A stretch of DNA of 64,000 bases from Octopus vulgaris (Eukaryota), in the NCBI GenBank assembly GCA_951406725.2, contig OX597842.1, forward strand, positions 10,292,001 to 10,356,000, given 5' to 3'. How positions within the stretch are numbered: the first letter of the stretch is position 1; each line of letters opens with the position of its first letter. The notes below the pieces were generated by a model, which did no database searches, was not told the DNA's origin, and worked only from the letters and a program-made list of their open reading frames with translations. This document shows positions 17,601 to 28,598 of this stretch, one piece after another. Position numbers and translations under genes: made by a program.

Positions 17601-20600
17601 TTCCAAAAGAAAAAGAAGTACAGAGGACTGCCATAACAACACATTTCTTTGAATTCTGTGATTTACAAAAATTGAAAAAAAGATCCAATAATATTTCAGG
17701 TAAGATTCCCCTTTTCAAATAGAAAAAGAAATACTACAGTAGACTGCTAATAACAACACATTTCTTTGAACTCTGATTATTTTCAGTCATCTATTTGAAA
17801 AGGAGAATTTTTTCCCGAAATATTATACCATAAAACTATAAAAATAAATAAACAAAAAGGCATGAGAATATCATTATAAAAATTTAATATAACGATCCAA
17901 TAATATTTCAGGTAAGATTCCCCTTTTCTAATAGAAAAAGAAATACAACAGTAGACTGCTAATAACAACACATTTCTTTGAACTCTGATTATTTTCAGTC
18001 ATACATTTGAAAAGGTGAATTTTTCCGAAATATTATTTAATGATATCATAAAACTATAAAAATAAATAAACAAAAAGGCACGAGAATTTCATTATAAAAA
18101 TTTAATATAACGATCCAATAATATTTCAGGTAAGATTCCCCTTCCAAAAGAAAAAGAAAATAGTACAGAGGACTGCCATAACAACACATTTCTTTGAATC
18201 CTGTGATTTACAAAAATTGAAAAAAGATCCAATATTTCAGGTAAGATTCCCTTTTCAAATAGAAAAGAAATACAACAGTAGACTGCTAATAACAACACAT
18301 TTCTTTGAACTCTGATTATTTTCAGTCATCTATTTGAAAAGGTGAATTTTTTCCCGAAATATTATACCATAAAACTATAAAAATAAATAAACAAAAAGGC
18401 ATGAGAATATCATTATAAAAATTTAATATAACGATCCAATAATATTTCAGGTAAGATTCCCCTTTTCAAATAGAAAAAGAAATACAACAGTAGACTGCTA
18501 ATAACAACACATTTCTTTGAACTCTGATTATTTTCAGTAATCCATTTGAAAAGGTGAATTTTTTCCCGAAATATTATTTAATGATATCATAAAACTATAA
18601 AAATAAATAAACAAAAAGGCACGAGAATTTCATTATAAAAATTTAATATAACGATCCAATAATATTTCAGGTAAGATTCCCCTCTTCCAAAAGAAAAAGA
18701 AAATAGTACAGAGGACTGCATAACAACACATTTCTTTGAACATTTCTTTGAAAATTTTTAAATCCTGTGATTTACTTTAATTATTAAATTATTTGAAAAA
18801 AGATCCAACTATTTCAGGTAAGATTTTAAAAAATTAAAAAGATCCAATATTTCAGGTAAGATTCCCTTTTCAAATAGAAAAAGAAATACAACAGTAGACT
18901 GCTAATAACAACACATTTCTTTGAACTCTGATTATTTTCAGTCATCTATTTGAAAAGGTGAATTTTTTCCCGAAATATTATTTAATGATATCATAAAACT
19001 ATAAAAAAAATAAACAAAAAGGCACGAGAATTTCATTACAAAAATTAAATATAACGATCCAATAATATTTCAGGTAAGATTCCCCTCTTCCAAAAGAAAA
19101 AGAAAATAGTACAGAGGACTGCCATAACAACACATTTCTTTGAATTCTGTGATTTACAAAAATTGAAAAAAAGATCCAATAATATTTCAGGTAAGATTCC
19201 CCTTTTCAAATAGAAAAAGAAATACTACAGTAGACTGCTAATAACAACACATTTCTTTGAACTCTGATTATTTTCAGTCATCTATTTGAAAAGGTGAATT
19301 TTTTTCCCGAAATATTATACCATAAAACTATAAAAATAAATAAACAAAAAGGCATGAGAATTTCATTATAAAAATTTAATATAACGATCCAATAATATTT
19401 CAGGTAAGATTCCCCTTTTCAAATAGAAAAAGAAATACAACAGTAGACTGCTAATAACAACACATTTCTTTGAACTCTGATTATTTTCAGTCATCTATTT
19501 GAAAAGGTGAATTTTTTCCCGAAATATTATTTAATGATATCATAAAACTATAAAAATAAATAAACAAAAAGGCATGAGAATTTCATCCCAAAAATTAAAT
19601 ATAACGATCCAATAATATTTCAGGTAAGATTCCCCTCTTCCAAAAGAAAAAGAACAGAACACCACATTTCTTTGAATTCTGTGATTTACAAAAATTGAAA
19701 AAAAGATCCAATAATATTTCAGGTAAGATTCCCCTTTTCAAATAGAAAAAGAAATACTACAGTAGACTGCTAATAACAACACATTTCTTTGAACTCTGAT
19801 TATTTTCAGTCATCTATTTGAAAAGGAGAATTTTTTCCCGAAATATTATACCATAAAACTATAAAAATAAATAAACAAAAAGGCATGAGAATATCATTAT
19901 AAAAATTTAATATAACGATCCAATAATATTTCAGGTAAGATTCCCCTTTTCTAATAGAAAAAGAAATACAACAGTAGACTGCTAATAACAACACATTTCT
20001 TTGAACTCTGATTATTTTCAGTCATACATTTGAAAAGGTGAATTTTTCCCGAAATATTATTTAATGATATCATAAAACTATAAAAATAAATAAACAAAAA
20101 GGCACGAGAATTTCATTATAAAAATTTAATATAACGATCCAATAATATTTCAGGTAAGATTCCCTCTTCCAAAAGAAAAAGAAAATAGTACAGAGGACTG
20201 CCAAAACAACACATTTCTTTGAATCCTGTGATTTACAAAAATTGAAAAAAGATCCAATATTTCAGGTAAGATTCCCCTTTTCAAATAGAAAAAGAAATAC
20301 AACAGTAGACTGCTAATAACAACACATTTCTTTGAACTCTGATTATTTTCAGTCATCTATTTGAAAAGGTGAATTTTTTCCCGAAATATTATTTAATGAT
20401 ATCATAAAACTATAAAAAAAATAAACAAAAAGGCACGAGAATTTCATTACAAAAATTAAATATAACGATCCAATAATATTTCAGGTAAGATTCCCCTCTT
20501 CCAAAAGAAAAAGAAAATAGTACAGAGGACTGCCATAACAACACATTTCTTTGAATTCTGTGATTTACAAAAATTGAAAAAAAGATCCAATAATATTTCA

Positions 20601-23290
20601 GGTAAGATTCCCTTTTCAAATAGAAAAAGAAATACTACAGTAGACTGCTAATAACAACACATTTCTTTGAACTCTGATTATTTTCAGTCATCTATTTGAA
20701 AAGGTGAATTTTTTCCCGAAATATTATACCATAAAACTATAAAAATAAATAAACAAAAAGGCATGAGAATATCATTATAAAAATTTAATATAACGATCCA
20801 ATAATATTTAAGGTAAGATTCCCCTTTTCAAATAGAAAAAGAAATACAACAGTAGACTGCTAATAACAACACATTTCTTTGAACTCTGATTATTTTCAGT
20901 CATACATTTGAAAAGGTGAATTTTTTCCCGAAATATTATTTAATGATATCATAAAACTATAAAAATAAATAAACAAAAAGGCACGAGAATTTCATTATAA
21001 AAATTTAATATAACGATCCAATAATATTTCAGGTAAGATTCCCCTCTTCCAAAAGAAAAAGAAAATAGTACAGAGGACTGCCATAACAACACATTTCTTT
21101 GAATCCTGTGATTTACAAAAATTGAAAAAAAGATCCAATATTTCAGGTAAGATTCCCCTTTTCAAATAGAAAAAGAAATACAACAGTAGACTGCTAATAA
21201 CAACACATTTCTTTGAACTCTGATTATTTTCAGTCATCTATTTGAAAAGGTGAATTTTTTCCCGAAATATTATACCATAAAACTATAAAAATAAATAAAC
21301 AAAAAGGCATGAGAATATCATTATAAAAATTTAATATAACGATCCAATAATATTTCAGGTAAGATTCCCCTTTTCAAATAGAAAAAGAAATACAACAGTA
21401 GACTGCTAATAACAACACATTTCTTTGAACTCTGATTATTTTCAGTCATACATTTGAAAAGGTGAATTTTTTCCCGAAATATTATTTAATGATATCATAA
21501 AACTATAAAAATAAATAAACAAAAAGGCACGAGAATTTCATTATAAAAATTTAATATAACGATCCAATAATATTTCAGGTAAGATTCCCCTCTTCCAAAA
21601 GAAAAAGAAAATAGTACAGAGGACTGCCAAAACAACACATTTCTTTGAATCCTGTGATTTACAAAAATTGAAAAAAAGATCCAATATTTCAGGTAAGATT
21701 CCCCTTTTCAAATAGAAAAAGAAATACAACAGTAGACTGCTAATAACAACACATTTCTTTGAACTCTGATTATTTTCAGTCATCTATTTGAAAAGGTGAA
21801 TTTTTCCCGAAATATTATTTAATGATATCATAAAACTATAAAAAAAATAAACAAAAAGGCACGAGAATTTCATTACAAAAATTAAATATAACGATCCAAT
21901 AATATTTCAGGTAAGATTCCCCTCTTCCAAAAGAAAAAGAAAATAGTACAGAGGACTGCCATAACAACACATTTCTTTGAATTCTGTGATTTACAAAAAT
22001 TGAAAAAAAGATCCAATAATATTTCAGGTAAGATTCCCCTTTTCAAATAGAAAAAGAAATACTACAGTAGACTGCTAATAACAACACATTTCTTTGAACT
22101 CTGATTATTTTCAGTCATCTATTTGAAAAGGTGAATTTTTTTCCCGAAATATTATACCATAAAACTATAAAAATAAATAAACAAAAAGGCATGAGAATTT
22201 CATTATAAAAATTTAATATAACGATCCAATAATATTTCAGGTAAGATTCCCCTTTTCAAATAGAAAAAGAAATACAACAGTAGACTGCTAATAACAACAC
22301 ATTTCTTTGAACTCTGATTATTTTCAGTCATCTATTTGAAAAGGTGAATTTTTTCCCGAAATATTATTTAATGATATCATAAAACTATAAAAATAAATAA
22401 ACAAAAAGGCATGAGAATTTCATCCCAAAAATTAAATATAACGATCCAATAATATTTCAGGTAAGATTCCCTCTTCCAAAAGAAAAAGAACAGAACACCA
22501 CATTTCTTTGAATTCTGTGATTTACAAAAATTGAAAAAAAGATCCAATAATATTTCAGGTAAGATTCCCCTCTTCAAATAGAAAAAGAAATACAACAGTA
22601 GACTGCTAATAACAACACATTTCTTTGAACTCTGATTATTTTCAGTCATCTATTTGAAAAGGTGAATTTTTTCCCGAAATATTATACCATAAAACTATAA
22701 AAATAAATAAACAAAAAGGCATGAGAATTTCATTATAAAAATTTAATATAACGATCCAATAATATTTCAGGTAAGATTCCCCTTTTCAAATAGAAAAAGA
22801 AATACAACAGTAGACTGCTAATAACAACACATTTCTTTGAACTCTGATTATTTTCAGTCATCTATTTGAAAAGGTGAATTTTTTCCCGAAATATTATTTA
22901 ATATCATAAAACTATAAAAATAAATAAACAAAAAGGCATGAGAATTTCATTATAAAAATTTAATATAACGATCCAATAATATTTCAGGTAAGATTCCCCT
23001 CTTCCAAAAGAAAAAGAAAATAGTACAGAGGACTGCCATAACAACACATTTCTTTGAATCCTGTGATTTACAAAAATTGAAAAAAAGATCCAATATTTCA
23101 GGTAAGATTCCCCTTTTCAAATAGAAAAAGAAATACTACAGTAGACTGCTAATAACAACACATTTCTTTGAACTCTGATTATTTTCAGTCATTTATTTGA
23201 AAAGGTGAATTTTTTCCCGAAATATACCATAAAACTATAAAAATAAATAAACAAAAAGGCATGAGAATTTCATTATAAAAATTTAATATA
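14672..23290. repeat. AT-rich satellite array (~8.6 kb) with higher-order structure
   Basis: ~210-220-bp and ~110-125-bp related monomers share GATCCAAT(AAT)ATTTCAGGTAAGATTCCCC. A 546-bp period shows as identical ORFs at 16457/17003 and 20995/21541. Confidence 0.97.
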
Positions 23291-24259
23291 AACATTAATT
23301 AAAAAAAATTATTTCTTATCATAAGACAAAAACAAAACAAAAAAGATGTTATCATTGTCTTTTTTTTCGTTTTGAATGTATTATTTTGAATAGAAAATGT
23401 AGTTTGTGTGTCAGAGTTCACATGTGCAAGTGTGTGCATTCTGACCTGTTGCACGTTTGTCTTTTTCGAGGGTGGGGGCATCAACAAAATGTGTTTTAAA
23501 AGTCATTATTATATAAAAATGTTATCCCCTTGAAAATCGCTGATGTGTGACAATTAAATATCAATTTTTTTTGTATTTCACTTTACAAAATTCTTTAACG
23601 TGATAATCAAGTACTGAGACAGATCTTGTTGTATCTTGGGAGGGTCATTACGCTAACAGCAAACAACACTGATTGTATTTCACTTCTTTTATTATTATTA
23701 TTATTATCATCATCATCATTGTTATTAAGGCAGAGAGTTGGAGAAATCGTTGTGGAAAAATTGCTTAGTGGTATTTCTTCTGACGCATCATGTTCTGATT
23801 TCAAATTCAACTGGGGTTAACTTGGCCTTTCATTCCTCTGGGGTCGATACAATAAAGTACCAAATTTAGCACTGTATGGGGAGGCGGGGGGAGGCAATGT
23901 AAATTAACTAAGGCTCTTGTCCCAAAATCTGAAAACATTATTATTATTATTATTATTATTACTGGCTGAATCATTAGCATGCCAGGTGAAATGCTTAGCA
24001 GTATTTTGTCTGCCTTCACATTCTGGGTTCAAATTCCACCGAGGTCGACTTTGCCTTTTATCCTTTCAGGGTCAATAAATTAAATACCAGTGAAACACTG
24101 GGGGGTCAATGTCATCGACAAGTTCCCTCCTGACAAAATTTCAGGCCCTGTGACTTTAGTTGAAAGGATTATCATTATTATTATTATCATTATCATCATC
24201 ATTATTATTATCATCATCATTATTATTATTATCATTATCATCCCATATTATTATTATTA

Positions 24260-25110
24260 TTATTATCATTATCATCCCATATGCTCTCCAAATTTACTAA
24301 ATAGTTACCCCATAAGCTTCCAAAATTTACCCCAATATCGACCCTTGATTTAAAATCAGTCTATATTGCAACCCTTGTTTTCAAACTGTTATTCACAAAT
24401 TCATCGTTCACCCAAAATTAGCTGAACTCCCACCACCACCCAATACCCCCACCCCACCAAATTATCCTAAAAGTCATCCCCAGTTTATAATCAGTGTGAT
24501 CCAAGACTTTCAAAATACTATTAAAAATTTCAATGTTCCCCCAAAATTTACTGAATGGTTACCCCATATGTTCCTCCCTCACCAATTTACCCCCAAATCA
24601 CCCACTCTGTTTACAGTTAGCCTATATAATGAGCCCTGGTTTTCAAACTTTTATTCTCAAGTTCAGCGTTCATCCAAAATTAGCTGAATATGTACCCAAA
24701 CCCTCACCCGAAATTACCTTGAAATCTTAGCCCCAATTTACAGTCAGTATATTTTGGTAACCCATGGCTTTTAAAATATTAAAAGACTCACCCCCAAATT
24801 TACTGAATGGTTATCCCATATGTTTCCCCCCTCACCAATTTACCCCCAAATCACCCACTCTGTTGACAGTTAGCCTATATAGTGAGCCCTGGTGTTCAGA
24901 CTGTTATTCTCAAGTTCAGCGTTCACCCAAAATTAGCTGAATATGTACCCAGACCCTCATCCAAAATTACTTTGAAATCTTAGCCCCAATTTACAGACAG
25001 TATATTTTGGTGACCCATGGCTTTCAAAATATCATTAAAAGACTCACCCCCAAATTTTCCCCCAGTTACCCCCATGTTCCCACAATTTATCCCGCAATCA
25101 GTCTATATCA
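24260..25110. repeat. ~260-bp tandem repeat (~3 copies) forming the proximal 3' UTR of the minus-strand gene
   Basis: CCAAAATTAGCTGAA at ~24412, 24675 and 24928; CCAAATTTACTGAATGGTTA.CCCATA recurs. Confidence 0.8.
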
Positions 25111-26150
25111 GTGACTTGCAGTTTCTTTTGTGTATGAGAGTGTGGTGTATTGACCCCGTTTGTAGATTCTGTCATTATACGTATGCTGTCGACGTCCCCG
25201 ACGGGTCCCAGCCTTCTGTGTTGCCGGTTACGTGAAGGGCTGGTGGCGTTTTGCCGGCTGACCTGTCGCCGGGTAGAGTCGGGCTGTAGGCTGGAATCTG
25301 ATCCGTTGCATCTGTCTCCGTCCGTTGCGTCACTTGGTTCGATGCTTCCCGCAGCGGTGTTGTGTATGGCTGCATTTCGATCTGGGCTACCTTGGTTCGA
25401 GGATGTTGCGTGGTGGTGGCCACATGGGTGGTTGGCGTCGTGACGTGCACCCACCCGCTTCTGCGCATTGCCGTCATCCGCTCTAACTCTTTCGTTAGGG
25501 CCGTCGTCGTGGCGAGCCTCGACGCCAAAGCAGCCGTTCCCACCACAACCACCGCCGCCGCCAGCGTTATACCTGTTGGAGTCGTGGTTTCCGTTGCCAT
25601 GGCAACATCGCTGCTCGTTGTCTGCGCTAATGTTGCAGTTGCCGCTCCCGCAGTCGTCGTTGCATTTGTTATTGTTGTCATGGTTACAAGCGGCGTTGCC
25701 TTTCCCGCCGAGTTCCTCGCCGTCGTTGTGGTCACCGTTTCCGTGGGAACACTGCACCGCTTGATGGTGATGATGATGACCGCTGTCTGCACTGCTGACA
25801 CTGCCGCCCCTGAAATGACCACCACCACCACAGCTGTCTGTATCGTCATCACTACCACCGCCGCCACTGCCGACACCGAAGGAGCAGCAATCCATGCTGC
25901 AAGTCGTGCTGAGGCTGAGGAAGGCCTTCATCTCCTCACGGTACTTCGGGTCCATTGTCATGCGCCGCGTCGACTGCCGCGGCACGAAGGGTGAGGAGCA
26001 CTTGGCCGTGCCCGACGTGGAGTCGAGCCGGCGGAAACCCCGCAACTTCTTCAGCTGTTCCAGGGCCTCGGAACTTGTCAGGAACCATCGCAGCTTCCGA
26101 AGATTCTCGGGGATGAGTTTGTCGATGGAGTCCTCTTCTGGTTCGTAGCT
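25098..26150 (-). CDS. Desulfurase-like gene, last exon (visible exon 17)
   Basis: cag|AGC; [33 protein letters not shown]...SPFVP then a low-complexity tail to the stop at 25098; 1053 nt in frame. Confidence 0.8.
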   Translation of the reverse strand, partial: SYEPEEDSIDKLIPENLRKLRWFLTSSEALEQLKKLRGFRRLDSTSGTAKCSSPFVPRQSTRRMTMDPKYREEMKAFLSLSTTCSMDCCSFGVGSGGGGSDDDTDSCGGGGHFRGGSVSSADSGHHHHHQAVQCSHGNGDHNDGEELGGKGNAACNHDNNNKCNDDCGSGNCNISADNEQRCCHGNGNHDSNRYNAGGGGGCGGNGCFGVEARHDDGPNERVRADDGNAQKRVGARHDANHPCGHHHATSSNQGSPDRNAAIHNTAAGSIEPSDATDGDRCNGSDSSLQPDSTRRQVSRQNATSPSRNRQHRRLGPVGDVDSIRIMTESTNGVNTPHSHTQKKLQVTDID

Positions 26151-28530
26151 CTGTTGCTGTGTAGAGGGGGAGAGGCATGGGTGGATGGTTTGAAAGAGAG
26201 AGAGAGAGAGAGAGGGAGGTAGGGGTTGCAGGGTTGTGAGATGGGAGCATTTTATGTTTGGGGGTCAGTGGGGGGGGTGTAGGAAGGTATTGCAGGTAGT
26301 AGGGAGGGGTGGGTTCAGGGTGGATGTGGTTTGGAGAGGGAGGTGTGTGGTTTGATGTTGGATGAGGATGGTGAAGCGGAGGGGGAGGAGAAAGAGGATA
26401 TGGAAGAACAGAAAGAGGAGAAAGGGGGGAGGAATAGGAAGGGGAGGAGGAAGAGGACAGGGAGGAGGAAGAGGACAGGGAGGAGGAAAAGGGGAAAAAG
26501 TAGATGTGTGTGTGTGGGGGGAGAGTATTTTGGGGTGGTGATGGTTAAATGGAGTATTATTTAATGTGGGTGGGGTGGTTGATTGTTGGTGTGGATGGCA
26601 TGGTGGGATTGGCAATTGAAGTTGTAGGGGCAGGGCAAGGTGTGTGTGTGTGTGTGAGAAAGAGAGGGAGGAGGTGGGAATGAAGGAAGAGGAGTGGAAA
26701 AAAGGGAAGAAAAAGAAAAAAAGAAAAAAAGAGAGAAAACTCATTAATAATTAATAAAAGACAATTAAAGAAATCAATTAGAAAAACTTGATTAGAAACA
26801 ATTAAAAGAGAAAACCTCAATTATTTGAAAGTTAAGGATGATTTGATTGGTTAATAATATGTTGCTATGGTGACAGAAATTTAACCATTTAGCGTTTAAA
26901 CTGGCCAAATCCAGCAAAAATATCCTACCTGCTTTATGTTCAGACTGACCAGATCTGACTGCTTACACCTACCCTACAATGTTAATCTCTAAATTAACAA
27001 ACACATCACTGAAATCTCAAAGCTATGAGATAATCCATGGTTAATCCAAAACAATGGGAATAAATAAGGATTACGTGTGACGTAATAATCCGAATGCTAA
27101 AGGGATAAGCTAAATACCACCAACAACAACAACAGCTGTAGCCACTCTACATTAGACAAGGTAGATGTAGCCATACAGGTGTTTTTGAAGGAAGAGGAGG
27201 AGGAGGTGGTGGTGCAGTGAATAATATTGCTCCTCCCTCTCTGATGACAGGTCCAATGAGAATTTAGCAAGATTTGAAGACTGAAGTTAAAGGGAGATAA
27301 TTACTTTTGTAGAACAGTTTAAATTTATTCAGCAGACGTTTGGCCTTTGAGTAAGTTCATGATTTCTACACACTAAAACAACATATATATATATTATTTA
27401 ACACACTCACTGGTTCAATTTCCACTCATTTATTATCTATATTTCTTCTTCCTAAATTTTTGTTGCTTTTGCGACGTTGTAAATAGGTGTTGTCAACCTT
27501 GTCAACGGATGTTGTCAACCTTGTCAATAAATTTTGTCAACATTGTCAATGGATGCTGTTAACCTTGTCAATAGATGTTGTCAGCCTTGTCAATGGATGT
27601 TGTCAACTTTGTCAATAAATTTTGTCAATGGATGCTGTCAACCTTGTCAATAGATTCTGTCAATGGATGCTGTCAACCTTGTTAATAGATGCTGTCAACC
27701 TTGTCAATGGATGTTGTCAACCTTGTCAATGGATGTTGGCTCATTTATTATTTATACTTTTCCTTGTAAAATGTCCGTTGCTTTTGTAACCTTGTCAATA
27801 GATTTTGTCAATTCTGTCAATAGATGCTGTCAACTTAGTCAACGGATGTTATCAACTTTGTCAACAGATGTTGTCAACTTTGTCAATGGATGCTGTCAAC
27901 CTCGTCAATTGATTTGTCAACCTTGTCAACAGATGTTGTCAACTTTGTCAATAGATGTTGTCAGCCTTGTCAATGGATGTTGTCAACCTTGTCAACAGAT
28001 GTTGTCAACTTTGTCAATGGATGCTGTCAACCTTGTCAATAGATGTTGTCAAATTTGTCAATAGATGTTGGCTCATTTATTATTCATATTTCTCCTTCCA
28101 AAATTTTCGTTGCTTTTCCAACTTTGTCAATGGATGTCAACGTCCATTGACCAATGAGTGTGTTAGCTAATAAAGCATTAAGACAATATGACTCCCCAGA
28201 CACAACAAAAATTGCTTCAGCACATGAGTTCACATAAAGAATCTAGCCAACCAGATACAAAAAACGAAGTTGAATATTATTAGATTCTCCCCAACTTGAC
28301 CAATTCCAAAGAAAACAAAGAGCACACCTGTTTAACGAGGGATACTAATTTGCATAAGCCGAATTCTTGAAATCCTAACCAATATTTGCATTTACCTGAA
28401 GATTTACCTTGGATGTGCATTCTACTGACATCCATTTGTATCTAAACGTTGAACATTTATAACCAAATTCTTTTAATACTGAATGCTTTATTGATATCTG
28501 ACAGGAATTTTTCAACCCATTTTACTCCTA

Positions 28531-28598
<68 letters not shown>

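Noticed and set aside
15107-22649. Repeated 60-90-aa ORFs (MTENNQSSKK...)
   Set aside because: Satellite monomers read in frame; frameshifts vary freely between copies.
25150-26250. Overlapping alternative-frame and antisense ORFs in the last exon
   Set aside because: Expected shadows of a GC-rich low-complexity exon. Only the 25098 frame joins the upstream exons and contains LRWFL..SEA.
27241-27262. CTGATGA hammerhead-like core
   Set aside because: No downstream GAAA or pairing stems.
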